64,000 nt of DNA from an uncultured Actinomycetota bacterium. GTDB taxonomy: Bacteria; Actinomycetota; Actinomycetes; Propionibacteriales; Nocardioidaceae. The notes beneath the pieces are model-generated. The model saw nothing but the letters and a program-made list of their open reading frames with translations, was not told the origin of the DNA and did not search any database. The position numbers and the translations under genes were made by a program. Positions 1-10,187 of this stretch are shown in pieces. The stretch is taken from NCBI GenBank assembly GCA_963819295.1, contig CAWFVO010000001.1, positions 29,080 to 93,079 of the forward strand, read 5' to 3'. Every line of letters begins with the position of its first letter. Position 1 is the stretch's first letter.

Positions 1-1
1 G

Positions 2-610
2 ATCTTCGTCGCGAAGCGGCCGCAGCTGAGCGCCCCGCGAACCCGCTACGTGTACTTCCCGAACCACGCCGAGGTCCCCGAGGCCCAAGCGGTGGTCATC
101 CGAGGTCGTTCGTTCGTGATCGGTGCCCAGGTCGATCTCCCCGAGCCCGGAGCCCAGGGTGTGCTGTTCGCGCAAGGCTCGCGATTCGGTGGACACAGCC
201 TCTACGTCAAGGACAACCGGCTCCACTACGTCAACAGCTTCGTGGGCATGTTCGAGCAGATGGTGGTCGCCACCGAGGATCTGCCGACCGGAGAGAACCT
301 GATCCTCTCCGCCTCCTTCGTCAAGGACGGCGAGGATCCGCCCCCGGTGGCCACCGGCATCCTGTCGCTGTACCACGGCGACACGAAGGTCGCCGAAGGA
401 CGCATCAAGACCCAGCCGGGGGGCTACATGATTGCCGGTGAGGGACTGGCCGTCGGTCGCGATGTCGGCGATCCCGTGACCCTGGACTATCCGGGCGAGC
501 GCCCCTACCGCTTCACCGGCGGCACCATCAAACGCGTGGCCATCGACGTCAGCGGCGAGCCCTACATCGACCTCGAGCGAGAAGCCCAAGCCATGCTCAT
601 GCGCGAGTAG
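2..610 (+). CDS. Arylsulfatase (AtsD/AtsB-like), C-terminal part; 5' end outside window
   Basis: Frame open from the window edge. 'GVLFAQGSRFGGHSLYVKDNRLHYVNSFVG' and 'YRFTGGTIKRVAIDVSGEPYIDLEREAQAMLMRE' match the C-terminus of actinobacterial arylsulfatases. Confidence 0.8.
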   Translation: MFVAKRPQLSAPRTRYVYFPNHAEVPEAQAVVIRGRSFVIGAQVDLPEPGAQGVLFAQGSRFGGHSLYVKDNRLHYVNSFVGMFEQMVVATEDLPTGENLILSASFVKDGEDPPPVATGILSLYHGDTKVAEGRIKTQPGGYMIAGEGLAVGRDVGDPVTLDYPGERPYRFTGGTIKRVAIDVSGEPYIDLEREAQAMLMRE

Positions 611-752
611 AGTCCCCGACCTCCAGATGGCTTGCGGTGTGGCCGCCTCGCGGCCCCATGGGGCACCTCGACCAGCGTGGGGTTCGCAGCAACGCGCGCA
701 GTCCCAGCCACCACCCGCTGGCTTGAAGTCGCCTGCCTGACAGGCTGGACCG

Positions 753-1790
753 GTGCGCGCCGTTGTCCTGGATGCCGTTCGAGCCGAACCGGAGGTTCGG
801 GAGGTTGCCGAGCCCACGGCCCCGGTCGGCGGGGTGGTGGTCCGGGTGATGGCGACGGGAGTGTGCCGCAGCGACTGGCACGCGTGGGCGGGCCATGAGG
901 AGATCGTCTTCCCGCACGTGCCGGGTCATGAACTTGCCGGGGTGGTGGCCGAGGTCGGTGAGCAGGTCAGCCGATGGCGGGTCGGCGACCGGGTGACGGT
1001 CCCGTTCGTCTGCGGCTGCGGTCGGTGCGAGTGGTGTCGGGCCGGGAACGCCCAGGTCTGTCCGGCCCAACAGCAGCCAGGCTTCACCCACTGGGGATCG
1101 TTCGCCGAGTACGTCGCGCTGCACGCTGCAGATGTGAATCTGGTGGGTCTGTCGGAGAGGATCGACTTCGCCACCGCGGCGAGTCTCGGATGCCGGTTCG
1201 CCACGGCGTACCGCGCCCTGGTCGGCCGTGCACGGGTCATCGAGGGAGAGTGGGTGACCGTGGTCGGTGCCGGCGGCGTGGGACTGAGCGTGGTCATGAT
1301 CGCCCGCGCGCTCGGTGCCCGGGTGGTTGCGGTGGACCGGAATCCCGAGGCGCTCGCCGTCGCCTCCGAGGTCGGCGCAGAGCACACGGTGGCCGCCGAC
1401 GGCCGCGACATCCCCGGTGCTGTCGCCGACATCACGCACGGCGGCAGCCACGTCACCGTCGACGCGGTAGGCGGCGAGCAAGCCTGCGTCGACGCGATCC
1501 TCAGCCTTCGCCGTCGGGGTCGCCATGTTCAGGTCGGGCTGCTGCCGCCGGTCGGCGGTCACCCCCGGCTACCCATGGCTCGGGTGATCGGCTGGGAGCT
1601 CGACCTGCTGGGAAGCCACGGGATGGCCGCGGCCGACTACCCGGCCCTGCTCACGCTGATCGAGCAAGGAGTCCTTGAGCCGCAACGGTTGATCGAACGC
1701 ACCATCGGCCTCGACGATGCGGCCGCGCTGCTGCCCCACTTCGATCGGGCGACGGTCGCAGGCATGACCATGGTCGACCCCGCGCGCTGA
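753..1790 (+). CDS. Zinc-dependent alcohol dehydrogenase (MDR family)
   Basis: GVCRSDWH, GHE, structural Zn motif CGCGRCEWC..C, Rossmann GAGGVG. Confidence 0.95.
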   Translation: MRAVVLDAVRAEPEVREVAEPTAPVGGVVVRVMATGVCRSDWHAWAGHEEIVFPHVPGHELAGVVAEVGEQVSRWRVGDRVTVPFVCGCGRCEWCRAGNAQVCPAQQQPGFTHWGSFAEYVALHAADVNLVGLSERIDFATAASLGCRFATAYRALVGRARVIEGEWVTVVGAGGVGLSVVMIARALGARVVAVDRNPEALAVASEVGAEHTVAADGRDIPGAVADITHGGSHVTVDAVGGEQACVDAILSLRRRGRHVQVGLLPPVGGHPRLPMARVIGWELDLLGSHGMAAADYPALLTLIEQGVLEPQRLIERTIGLDDAAALLPHFDRATVAGMTMVDPAR

Positions 1791-1916
1791 CCTGGGTGAC
1801 GGGCGGCCTTGTCCGCTGCGAGTGCGAAGGCGTCCGACTGACGCGAGCCGAACCGCGGAAGAGGCGACACGATCGAGGGGTCGCACCAAACCGCCGCTCG
1901 ACTTCAGGAGAATCCG

Positions 1917-2216
1917 ATGCTGATCGCCGTACTCGACCTGCACACCTCTGCCTCTGACCGGGCTGTGGCTCTGGCCCAGCTCGATGCCGAGCGTGAGGAG
2001 ATTCGCGCCATGCCCGGCAATCTCGAGTTCCGGGTGTACGCCGCACGAGACAACGAGGAGGGCGTCGCGGTGATCCACGAATGGGTTGACGAACCGTCGT
2101 TCGCTGCCTATCTCGCCTCTGACTCGTTCGCGCGCTCCGGGGAGGTGCTCCGCCCCTTGATGTCTGCGCCCCCGGTCAGCCGTCGGTTCCGTGCCTGTCT
2201 TCTGGAGACGGTCTGA
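1917..2216 (+). CDS. Antibiotic biosynthesis monooxygenase (ABM) / putative quinol monooxygenase
   Basis: 99 aa, 'MPGNLEFRVY...HEWVDEPSFAAYLAS' ABM pattern; AGGAG RBS. Confidence 0.85.
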   Translation: MLIAVLDLHTSASDRAVALAQLDAEREEIRAMPGNLEFRVYAARDNEEGVAVIHEWVDEPSFAAYLASDSFARSGEVLRPLMSAPPVSRRFRACLLETV

Positions 2217-2242
2217 CCCGCGGTCGCCTCTAGGGTGAGCTG

Positions 2243-3010
2243 ATGCCCATCGGATCGGTGCGACGCGAGGCGTTCGCGTTCGCGCGGGAGTTCGCCGCGG
2301 CCCCACCCTCGGAGCTGAGGGTCGACCGGCACTACCTTCTGTGCGCGTCCCGGGGCGCGCTCCGTCTGGAGGCACACGGCAAGGTCTGGGTCCTGCCCCC
2401 GGCACGGGCCGCGTTGATCGCCGCCGGCGAGCCGATCCAGGTGGCCATCCCGCAGCCGGTGACAACGTCGTCGGTGCTGTTCGACCCGGGCTTCGCCACG
2501 CCGCCGCCCGCACCGTTGACCGTTTTCGACCTCAGCCCGCTTGCCCGGGCCCTGGTGACTGAGTGCGTGCAGTGGCCGGACGCCGAGGGCCCGCTCCCGT
2601 CGTACGCGCGCAGCGTGTTCGGCGCGCTCGCGGCGGTGGCGTGGCGGCTGGCGGAGCACCCGAGCCCGGTCACCGTCCCAGCCGGTCGGTCGCCAGAGCT
2701 CCGGCGGGCTCTGGCCGTGACCGAGCAGGGGCTGACCGAAGACCTCACGTTCGAAGACGTCGCCCGCGATGTCGGGCTGGCGCCCCGGTCGCTCGCCCGG
2801 CGGTTCGAGGACGAGTGCGGGTTGACCTGGAGCGCCGTGCTGCGTCGGATGCGGGTGCTCCGCGCGATCGAGCAGCTCGCCACGAACCAGGGCGCGATCA
2901 CCACGATCGCCCACGCGGTCGGGTACACCTCCCTGTCAGCATTCAACGTCGCCTTCCGCGACCTCACCGGGCGAACCCCGACCCAGTACCGCCGGACGTT
3001 CAATCCCTGA
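2243..3010 (+). CDS. AraC-family transcriptional regulator
   Basis: Cupin-like N-terminus; C-terminal 'IAHAVGYTSLSAFNVAFRDLTGRTPTQYR' signature. Confidence 0.95.
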   Translation: MPIGSVRREAFAFAREFAAAPPSELRVDRHYLLCASRGALRLEAHGKVWVLPPARAALIAAGEPIQVAIPQPVTTSSVLFDPGFATPPPAPLTVFDLSPLARALVTECVQWPDAEGPLPSYARSVFGALAAVAWRLAEHPSPVTVPAGRSPELRRALAVTEQGLTEDLTFEDVARDVGLAPRSLARRFEDECGLTWSAVLRRMRVLRAIEQLATNQGAITTIAHAVGYTSLSAFNVAFRDLTGRTPTQYRRTFNP

Positions 3011-3507
3011 CGCAGCGGGCGACGGGGGAGCACCGGGCGCCCGCCCGCGGTCCAACCCCCGACAGGTTCAGCCGTGCCACTGGCCATCGGATCGCGGGAA
3101 CGGAGCATGACCACGCCCGCCGGAGTCTGGGGTTCCGACGGGCGTTGGCGAGTCAAGAGTCGTGAGGTCAACTCAGGGCGTCCCGGGCGGCGGTAGACCA
3201 GGAAGCCGGAGTGGCCGTTGGAGGAATCGCCGGGCTGGAAGCCGGACGCCTTGGCGTCCTGCGGGGTGCCGAAGGCGGCCTTGCTGTGGCCCCAGTTCTG
3301 AGGCGGAGCGCCACCGTCTGTGGCGGGGCAGTGCTGCGTCTGTCCCGGGTTCGCGGGATGGACTGCTTCCAGATCGGCTCGCAGTCGCGGTATGCGCCGG
3401 TGTTGATCGCCGGACGGTCGAGCGGCCTCATCGTTCTTTCGTCTCGACGTGCCCGGGGTCCAGGCGTGTCTCACACTGTTCTGGAGACAAGGACGGAGAG
3501 GTCCGCC

Positions 3508-4071
3508 ATGAGCGACGACGCCAAGGCCCCGATCGAGTTCGTGCGGCCGCGCACCTCGCACAACGCCACCATTCACCTTGCCGAACCCAATCCGGACTGG
3601 GCGCACGTCTACCAGGAACAGGCCGCGCGGGTTCGCGCGGCTCTTCCTCACGGCGTCGTGGCCCTCGAGCACGTCGGTTCGACTTCCGTGCCTGGTCTGG
3701 CGGCGAAGCCGATCATCGACATCCTCCTGCTGGTCTCGGACCCCACGGAGGAGGCGTCGTTCGTGCCCGCGCTGGAGGCGGCTGGTTTCCTCCTCTACCT
3801 GCGTGAACCGGGCTGGCATCAACACCGACTGCTCCGCCGGGTCGATCCGGCGGTGAACCTGCACGTCTTCGCCGCCGGCTCACCGGAGGCGGAACGGATG
3901 TTGCTCTTCCGTGACACGCTCCGCTCCAACCCGGACGAGCGCGAGCTGTATCTGGGGACCAAGCGTGAGCTCGCCGGTCGGACCTGGACGAGAATCCAGG
4001 ACTACGCCGACGCGAAGTCGGACGTGGTGGAACAGATCCTCGCCCGCGCTAGGGAAGAGGATGTGAAATGA
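3508..4071 (+). CDS. GrpB/UPF0157 family nucleotidyltransferase-fold protein
   Basis: 'EHVGSTSVPGLAAKPIIDI', 'NLHVF', 'LFRDTLR', 'YADAKS'; ATG at 3508 after GGAGAGG. Confidence 0.92.
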   Translation: MSDDAKAPIEFVRPRTSHNATIHLAEPNPDWAHVYQEQAARVRAALPHGVVALEHVGSTSVPGLAAKPIIDILLLVSDPTEEASFVPALEAAGFLLYLREPGWHQHRLLRRVDPAVNLHVFAAGSPEAERMLLFRDTLRSNPDERELYLGTKRELAGRTWTRIQDYADAKSDVVEQILARAREEDVK

Positions 4072-4246
4072 AGCCCTTCGATTCGTCATGCGACGAGGCT
4101 TCGACCGCGGGCGACGAAGATCGTGAAGGTTCTGTTTCCCGGTGAGACAGCGGGCGGTGTCGCGTGATCAGGACAGCAGAGGGAGCTTTGTCGGCAGCCG
4201 GTTCCGCCACCCCACCTGAGTTCACCGGGACACCGATCTGAGCGGG

Positions 4247-4609
4247 TCAGCCGGCGGCGATCAGGCCTGCCACGACGGTCACGAACGCGACTGCCAGTCC
4301 GAGCGTGCCGAGGACCACGGCAGCGCCCCCGAGGTTGCGGGCCGCGACGGCGGAGGAGGCGAGGCCGTGTCTGGCGAGGACGAGGGCCGCGATCGCCATC
4401 AGGCCCTGGGCGACGCCCGTAGCAATGACGACGTCCTCGAAGGCAGCCGACCCGTTCCGAGTGATGTACGTCTGCAGGGGCACCACCCAGGCCCCGATGG
4501 TGAGCAGGCTCAGCACGGCCATGGTGAAGCCAGCGATCGCGGCTGCCGTCGGTGTGAGCCAGCCGTCGGCGAATCCGCCGGGCTCCGATGTTTCGTGCAG
4601 TTCAGACAT
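4247..4609 (-). CDS. Hypothetical membrane protein (about 3 TM helices)
   Basis: 120 aa with three hydrophobic segments; GGGAG RBS before ATG. Confidence 0.7.
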   Translation of the reverse strand: MSELHETSEPGGFADGWLTPTAAAIAGFTMAVLSLLTIGAWVVPLQTYITRNGSAAFEDVVIATGVAQGLMAIAALVLARHGLASSAVAARNLGGAAVVLGTLGLAVAFVTVVAGLIAAG

Positions 4610-5124
4610 GCGTGCTCCCGGGGTCGATGACTACGGGCCCGAAGGCTATCCCCGTCACGTGCTCCGGTCGTGGATATCTCCCATCGAACCTGAACAGTCT
4701 TGTGGCGAGAGGCCCCGCCGGAACCGACCGCTCATCTGCGGAGAGTGAGCCGGACAGCGGCATGGCTGTGGTCGTGCGTGCCGCAGGTGTGCCGTGGGCG
4801 ACGTACCGCAGCGTCCGAGGATGCGGAGGATGCCTGATGTGGTGAGCGTGTCTTAGTACGAATGTGGTGGTCCACGAGGCCGGAGGCGCCGGCCGACTCG
4901 AAGGGATCGCCTCCATGACCACCAGCGTCATTCCGCGCGGCCAGCCCAGCAGCGGAACTGCCGGCCTCGCCTCCGTCGTTCCCGTCCACACCGACCAATG
5001 CATCGCGAACACTCGCCGGTACGGGTCGTGCCAACACACGGGGAATGGCGCGTCAGTGCCCCGCCCGCAGCGAGCGATGTTCGCTGCATATGGGGACCTG
5101 CCCGACGCGCAAGAGAGACAGCGC

Positions 5125-5415
5125 ATGCGACGGCGCCACCCGGTCCTGCTCGAGGTCGTGACCAGTGCCGGGTTCCTCGGCATCGTCGCGGTGCAGGGCT
5201 ACCTGGTCACGCACCTGGGCTGGGTCGGCTTCCTCGTCGGTCTCGTCTCCGGCTCCGGGTGGGGTCTGATGTTCACCTTCGGCGTTCCGAGCTGGCTCCA
5301 GACCGACTTGCAGGTGCTGCGCGGCCACAGCCGCGACGAGCTGTTCCCGTCCTACGACTGTGGCCGTGCTCGCCAGCAGTCGCTCCCGGGTGCCACGCGA
5401 CCACAGCTCTCCTGA
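5125..5415 (+). CDS. Possible small membrane protein or gene remnant
   Basis: Two hydrophobic stretches with coding-like codons, then an unrelated-looking tail. Confidence 0.3.
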   Translation: MRRRHPVLLEVVTSAGFLGIVAVQGYLVTHLGWVGFLVGLVSGSGWGLMFTFGVPSWLQTDLQVLRGHSRDELFPSYDCGRARQQSLPGATRPQLS

Positions 5416-5419
5416 GGGA

Positions 5420-5535
5420 CTCAGTCAGCGAGTGGACGGACTCACGGATCTCGAATCCGGCCGCCTCGATCATGGGTTCCAAGAGCCACGAGTACGTCGA
5501 GTGCTCGTCACGCACGTGATCCTCGAGGTACGTCG
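5420..5535 (-). pseudogene. C-terminal remnant of a class I SAM-dependent methyltransferase
   Basis: 'LEDHVRDEHSTYSWLLEPMIEAAGFEI' resembles the end of an actinobacterial methyltransferase family; no N-terminal part upstream. Confidence 0.4.
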
Positions 5536-5536
5536 T

Positions 5537-5863
5537 TCAGGACGACTTCGTGACGTTGGGCGCGCACTGACTCTGACGGATCCGCTCTTCGGCAGCCTTG
5601 ATGGCCTCGAGCGTGGCGCAGCATGCGGAGAAGACGGAGCACGTGACGCCCACCGCGAGAGCGACCGCGGAAGGCGAGTCCCACACGCCTCCTTCGTCAC
5701 CAAGGTGTAGCGCGAGGAACAGCCAACCGCCGAGGCTGGCGGCACCGAGCGCCCAGGCGCCTGTTCGAAGCTGCTGACTCGTGGGTCCGGTCTCGCTCAC
5801 GGGCGCACGGTACTGGGTCGGATCGTCCAGCGCACGAACATCGGTGTGAGTGCGCGTCGGCAT
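5537..5863 (-). CDS. Hypothetical membrane protein (2 TM)
   Basis: Two hydrophobic helices followed by a short coiled tail 'LEAIKAAEERIR'. Confidence 0.5.
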   Translation of the reverse strand: MPTRTHTDVRALDDPTQYRAPVSETGPTSQQLRTGAWALGAASLGGWLFLALHLGDEGGVWDSPSAVALAVGVTCSVFSACCATLEAIKAAEERIRQSQCAPNVTKSS

Positions 5864-5929
5864 GCGCCGCAATGACGCGGGGCAAACGCACGGCTGCCGA
5901 CCGTGCCGTGATCGCCTCACGTCGCGGTA

Positions 5930-6565
5930 TCAGCGGCGGTCGAGATGTCGCCATGCGTAGAGATCGCGCAGAGCGCAGACTTGAGCGCCGTGATGACTTA
6001 CCTCGGTGAGCGCGCCGGCGATGAAGTGCGTCGCCGGGTGCGCGGGACCTGGCGGACCCGCAACACAGACGCCGCCTCTCGGCGGCTCCGGGGCATACGT
6101 GTACCCAGCGGTCGTCGCTTCGAGCTGGTCGTCGCCAGCCCGCTCGAGCGCCTCGCGGAGCTTCTGCCAGCCGTCACGCAGCGCGGTGACGGACTCGGCT
6201 GCGCTGGTGAAGATCGGGTGATGGGACAGGTAGGGGGACGTCCAACCGCTGGCCATCGTGCGTGTCCCGCCCAAGAAGTCGACGCCGCACAGCCGCCCTG
6301 GCACGGATCCTATGTGCCAGTACAGCCAGGCGATGGTGGTCAGCGGGACCGGGGTTGGCTCGGGGATCTCGAAGTCGGCCACCCATTCCCCGACCCCGAA
6401 CGGGTTCGGTGTCGAGCACTGGTCTTGCCGGCGAACGCTCCAGACCATCGTGAATGGTTCCCAGAAGAACTCATCATCGGTGAGATCATCCCAGGCGCGG
6501 GCAAGGGTGAAGTCCTCGATCGGATGCATGAGCTCTAGCAGGGTTTCGGCTCGTTTCCCGGCCAT
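5930..6565 (-). CDS. DinB family protein (DinB_2)
   Basis: 'LTDDEFFWEP', 'TTIAWLYWHI', 'EVSHHGAQVCALRDLY' metal-binding His pattern. Confidence 0.9.
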   Translation of the reverse strand: MAGKRAETLLELMHPIEDFTLARAWDDLTDDEFFWEPFTMVWSVRRQDQCSTPNPFGVGEWVADFEIPEPTPVPLTTIAWLYWHIGSVPGRLCGVDFLGGTRTMASGWTSPYLSHHPIFTSAAESVTALRDGWQKLREALERAGDDQLEATTAGYTYAPEPPRGGVCVAGPPGPAHPATHFIAGALTEVSHHGAQVCALRDLYAWRHLDRR

Positions 6566-7052
6566 GGGCCGCATCCTATTCAAGCCTCTGCCCACTCGTG
6601 AGGTCGCGCCCCGACCGCTCAGCGGCCATGAGCGCCCGCACGGACAGCGGCACGTGAGCGCGTTTCGCGGACCCACACGGCGGTGGCGGACCGGCCAGCC
6701 AGAGCAGTGCGCGAGAGAGGGTCCGGGCAAACCGCCTCGAGACGCTGGGGTTCGTTCCATGATCGCCGCACGGGTGTGCGGGACCTGACGATCCGGGCGA
6801 CAGGTGGCTACGCGATTGTCGGCGCCGTCGTGCTGGGAGCGAGCCTGGGACTGCCCTGCTCGACCAGGCCGCGATTGCGCTGGTCCCCTGTGGCTTTGTG
6901 ATCGCGATGCTGGAGATCGCCTATGCGCGATTGCGTGCGCGCTGTTCTCTGCGAACGCGGCCCTCCGCGGTGCCCAGAGTCCGTGAGCCGCCCGAGCACG
7001 CTCATCGCCATGTGCGCCCGCCCGCTCAGCGCCAGGAGAGTGGTTCCCCTGG

Positions 7053-7544
7053 CTAGGCGCGGCTGGGGTCGAGCAGTGACCTGAGGATGTGTTCCATCTC
7101 GTCGAGGCTGGCTTGCCGGCCGTCGAAACTGGTCATGTGGTCGCGTCCGGCCTGGTCGCGGAACGCCAGTCTCCACGTGAACGTCGTGACGGCATCACGT
7201 TCCTGCAGTTCCATCGTTTCGACCGCCTCAACCTCCGGCCAACAGTTGAAGTGCCACGTCTCCACGGTTCGGACCGGCGGCTCGACCTCCAGGTATGTCC
7301 CGCTGAACGAGAACACGGTTCCGTCTCCGGTGACGAAGGAGGAGGCGTAGCTGCCTCCGACCCGCAAGTCGATCGAGCACTCCGTCATCCGGTCCGGGGG
7401 TGTCGCACCCCATTTGCTCACGTGCTCGGGCGTCGTCAACACGTCGAAGACGAGACCGATCGGAGCGTCGAACTGTCGGGTGATGACAACTTCGAGCTCG
7501 TTCGGGTACGTGATGACTGCAGAGCCATGCCGATCAGGTGCCAC
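7053..7544 (-). CDS. SRPBCC/AHSA1-like ligand-binding protein
   Basis: 'ITRQFDAPIGLVFDVLTTPEHVSKW', 'DLRVGG', 'GTYLEVEPP'; overlaps the ArsR stop. Confidence 0.9.
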   Translation of the reverse strand: MAPDRHGSAVITYPNELEVVITRQFDAPIGLVFDVLTTPEHVSKWGATPPDRMTECSIDLRVGGSYASSFVTGDGTVFSFSGTYLEVEPPVRTVETWHFNCWPEVEAVETMELQERDAVTTFTWRLAFRDQAGRDHMTSFDGRQASLDEMEHILRSLLDPSRA

Positions 7545-7881
7545 TGTCCTCTCCTTGTCGTTGCAACTCTTCGAGGTAGTCCTCGATCCGATCCAGTCGG
7601 TCGTTGATCACCCGCTCGTACCTGGCCACCCAGTCGTGCAGGGGTTGAAGATGCTCTGGAGCCAGACGGTAGAGCCGGCGGCGGCCATCGGCCCGGCACC
7701 TCACGAGTCCCACCTCACCGAGCACACGTAGGTGCCTCGAGACCTGGGGCTGAGACATCGAGACGTCGCGGACAATCGCCCCGACAGCCTTCTCGCCCGT
7801 GAGCAGCACATCGAGGATCGCGCGGCGGTGGACGTCACCGACTGCGTTGAAGACATCGGAAGTCGTGGAGGCTCGGGCCAC
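7534..7881 (-). CDS. ArsR/SmtB-family transcriptional regulator
   Basis: 'DVFNAVGDVHRRAILDVL', 'SQPQVSRHLRVL..VGLV', 'GRRRLYRL'. Confidence 0.93.
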   Translation of the reverse strand: MARASTTSDVFNAVGDVHRRAILDVLLTGEKAVGAIVRDVSMSQPQVSRHLRVLGEVGLVRCRADGRRRLYRLAPEHLQPLHDWVARYERVINDRLDRIEDYLEELQRQGEDSGT

Positions 7882-7887
7882 TGGTCG

Positions 7888-7915
7888 AACATATCTCCAT
7901 ATTGATATATGTCAA
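7888..7915 (-). promoter_or_regulatory. Sigma-A-type promoter (probably leaderless) overlapped by an AT-rich palindrome, putative ArsR operator
   Basis: Minus strand TTGACA-N16-TATGTT-N6-GTG start; ACATAT...ATATGT inverted repeat at 7889-7912. Confidence 0.7.
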
Positions 7916-7984
7916 GAGCGCGGACGCCGAAACGCTCGGCGTTCGAACCGCTCCACGGCTGAGAGGGCGTTGGCTGCTTGTGCT

Positions 7985-8908
7985 CTAGGAAGTCGCGTCA
8001 CGGATGATCTCGTCCAGCACGTGCTTGGCGTGGACGAACTCCCCTGAGTGGTCGGGGTCCTTGGAGGTGGACGAGCAGGTGGCAATGGTCTTCCAGAGCG
8101 CCCAGCCGCGCCCGCGCCTCCACGACGCGTCATCTACCGCCAGCTCGTCCCGAAACGCCTGTCGGGCTTGGTCGGTGAGCAGGGTCCACGCCACCGCCAG
8201 GTCGCAGGCCGGGTCACCGACGCCGCATGTTCCGAAGTCGATGACGGCTGAGAGTTGGCCGTCATCGTCGAGCAGCAGGTTGCCTTCCGCCACATCGCCG
8301 TGGAACCAGCGGTGGGTTCCGTCCCAAGGGGCTTCGAGAGCGTCGACCCAGATCGCTCGGGCTTGCTGGCTGTCGACGCTTCCCTCCAGCACCGTCAGTG
8401 CGCGTTCGGTGTTGCCGGCGAAGGTGCGCAGGGTTCCGCCCCTGAACCAGTTGTGGATCCCAGGCTCAGGCCCGCTGTCGACGTTCACACGTTGGAGGGC
8501 CGACAGGAACTGGGCCAGCTCAGTGGCGAACCTGATGGGCGTGGCGATGCGACCGGCTGTCGCCGGGTCACCCTCGAGCCACTGGTAGACCGACCACGGA
8601 AATGGGTAGTCCGCCGTCTGCCTGCCTTGCGCCAGAGGGACTGGAATCGGAAGCGGGAGACTGGTGGCGAGAGTCGGTAGCCACTGCTGCTCCTTCGGCA
8701 CTGCCAGGGCGTACTCGGCGGCGCTCGGCAGACGCACGACCATGTCCGAGCCGAGGCGAAAGGTCCAGTTGTCCCAGCCGCCGTGAGCAACGGGCGTGAC
8801 TGGCAAGTGGGCCCATTGCGGGAACTGAGCCTCGATCAACCGCGAGACGTGATCTGCGTCGATGCTCATGCGCCGGGGCACCGGTCCGAGGTCAGGCGTG
8901 TCGTCCAA
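7985..8908 (-). CDS. Aminoglycoside phosphotransferase (APH/choline kinase-like) family protein
   Basis: 'GWDNWTFRLG', Brenner motif 'WFHGDVAEGNLL', 'VIDFG', 'GDPACDL'. Confidence 0.92.
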   Translation of the reverse strand: MDDTPDLGPVPRRMSIDADHVSRLIEAQFPQWAHLPVTPVAHGGWDNWTFRLGSDMVVRLPSAAEYALAVPKEQQWLPTLATSLPLPIPVPLAQGRQTADYPFPWSVYQWLEGDPATAGRIATPIRFATELAQFLSALQRVNVDSGPEPGIHNWFRGGTLRTFAGNTERALTVLEGSVDSQQARAIWVDALEAPWDGTHRWFHGDVAEGNLLLDDDGQLSAVIDFGTCGVGDPACDLAVAWTLLTDQARQAFRDELAVDDASWRRGRGWALWKTIATCSSTSKDPDHSGEFVHAKHVLDEIIRDATS

Positions 8909-9069
8909 GGAGAACCTCCACGTCTGTCGCGCGGCACCGGGGGCCGAGGCTAGGGCACCTCAGCTCCGCTTCGCAGGCGAGTTTCCCTGGGACTTGTTCG
9001 AGTTGACCGCTCATCGGCAGGTGACGGACCCGGACAGCGGCTGGTGAGTGCGTTGGCCGATGGCGTCGT

Positions 9070-9738
9070 TCAGCCGAAGGCCCACGCGACCATCAGCGGG
9101 AACTCCCGCCGCCAGAAGGCGCCCCCGTGCGACCCAGCACGCTCCTCCATCACAACGTCCACGCCTTGGTTCGCCAGAGCCGATGCCCACCGGGTCGCGT
9201 TCTCCAGGAAGAAAGGCTCCTGCGTGCCTGCGACGATGTACGCACGTGGTAGCTGCACTGGCATCTCCAGAGGCGGCTGAAAGCCCGCCCCCGGCGAGGC
9301 ACAGAACACGACACCAAAGACCTGCGGATGACGCAGGCCCATCGCCAAAGCCAGCTCTGCGCTCGCCGAGACACCGAGCACGGCTGTGCGCTCGGCGGGA
9401 AGAGCCGCCCCAAACCGTGTCTCCACCCAACGCCGAACGTCCCGGACAAGGAACGTCTCGTGCGCCGCGAACCGTGCCGGATCGAATCCGGGGGAGTACT
9501 CGTGAAGTCGGAGCGTCTCGTCAGCCAGCCGGTGGACGCCAACAACCATCGTGGCCGGGACGTCGGTCCCCTCGAGGTCAGCCGCCCACGACGTGAGCAC
9601 TTGACCGTCACCGGCGAACACCATCGCCTCGGGTGGGCCTGACGGAACGTACGCCGTCACCCGTCGCCCGCCGTCGTAGTCGAAGGTCTCGGTGACGAAC
9701 TCGCCCGATACCCCGGCGACGGAGGGCCTGTCGCTCAC
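9070..9738 (-). CDS. Alpha/beta hydrolase, Fes-like esterase
   Basis: 'VTAYVP', 'FAGDGQ', nucleophile elbow 'GVSASA', 'GSHGGAFWRREF'. Confidence 0.85.
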   Translation of the reverse strand: MSDRPSVAGVSGEFVTETFDYDGGRRVTAYVPSGPPEAMVFAGDGQVLTSWAADLEGTDVPATMVVGVHRLADETLRLHEYSPGFDPARFAAHETFLVRDVRRWVETRFGAALPAERTAVLGVSASAELALAMGLRHPQVFGVVFCASPGAGFQPPLEMPVQLPRAYIVAGTQEPFFLENATRWASALANQGVDVVMEERAGSHGGAFWRREFPLMVAWAFG

Positions 9739-10187
9739 CCCAAGATCTTCCCACGCTGGCGGCGGCCATGGTGATGGGTGAGGAGGCGGCAGGGACAAGA
9801 CCCGCGATCAGCAGTGCCAGGGGGCGGCCCGGCTACGGGGGCTGCGTAGGGCGTCGCAAGCTCTCAGTGCCGATGACGTCCACCACGCCAGGTGCGTAAG
9901 CGGAGCGGCCCGGGCATGAGAACGCCCCGCGAGGCCACGGGGGGAGCCTGGCGGAGCGCCCTGAGCCGCTTGGGGGGTGCGGCATCGACGCACGCTAAAC
10001 CGCGACCACTCCGGTTCGTCATCACCTGAAGGGGTGAACGCGCACAGTAGTTGCTCCGGGGTGCGAAGAAATGCAACGCCCGCTCGGTCGGGGTCTCGGA
10101 TCTCTGTGGAGGTCCCGGCTGCGACGCGCGGTAGCCCGACGTCGAGGTAGGTCCCCGGCTGGCTCGATCCAGTCCCGCGCATTGCGG

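Noticed and set aside
7985-8908. Aminoglycoside resistance gene
   Set aside because: Only family-level kinase motifs; this actinobacterial subfamily is widespread and its substrate cannot be inferred.
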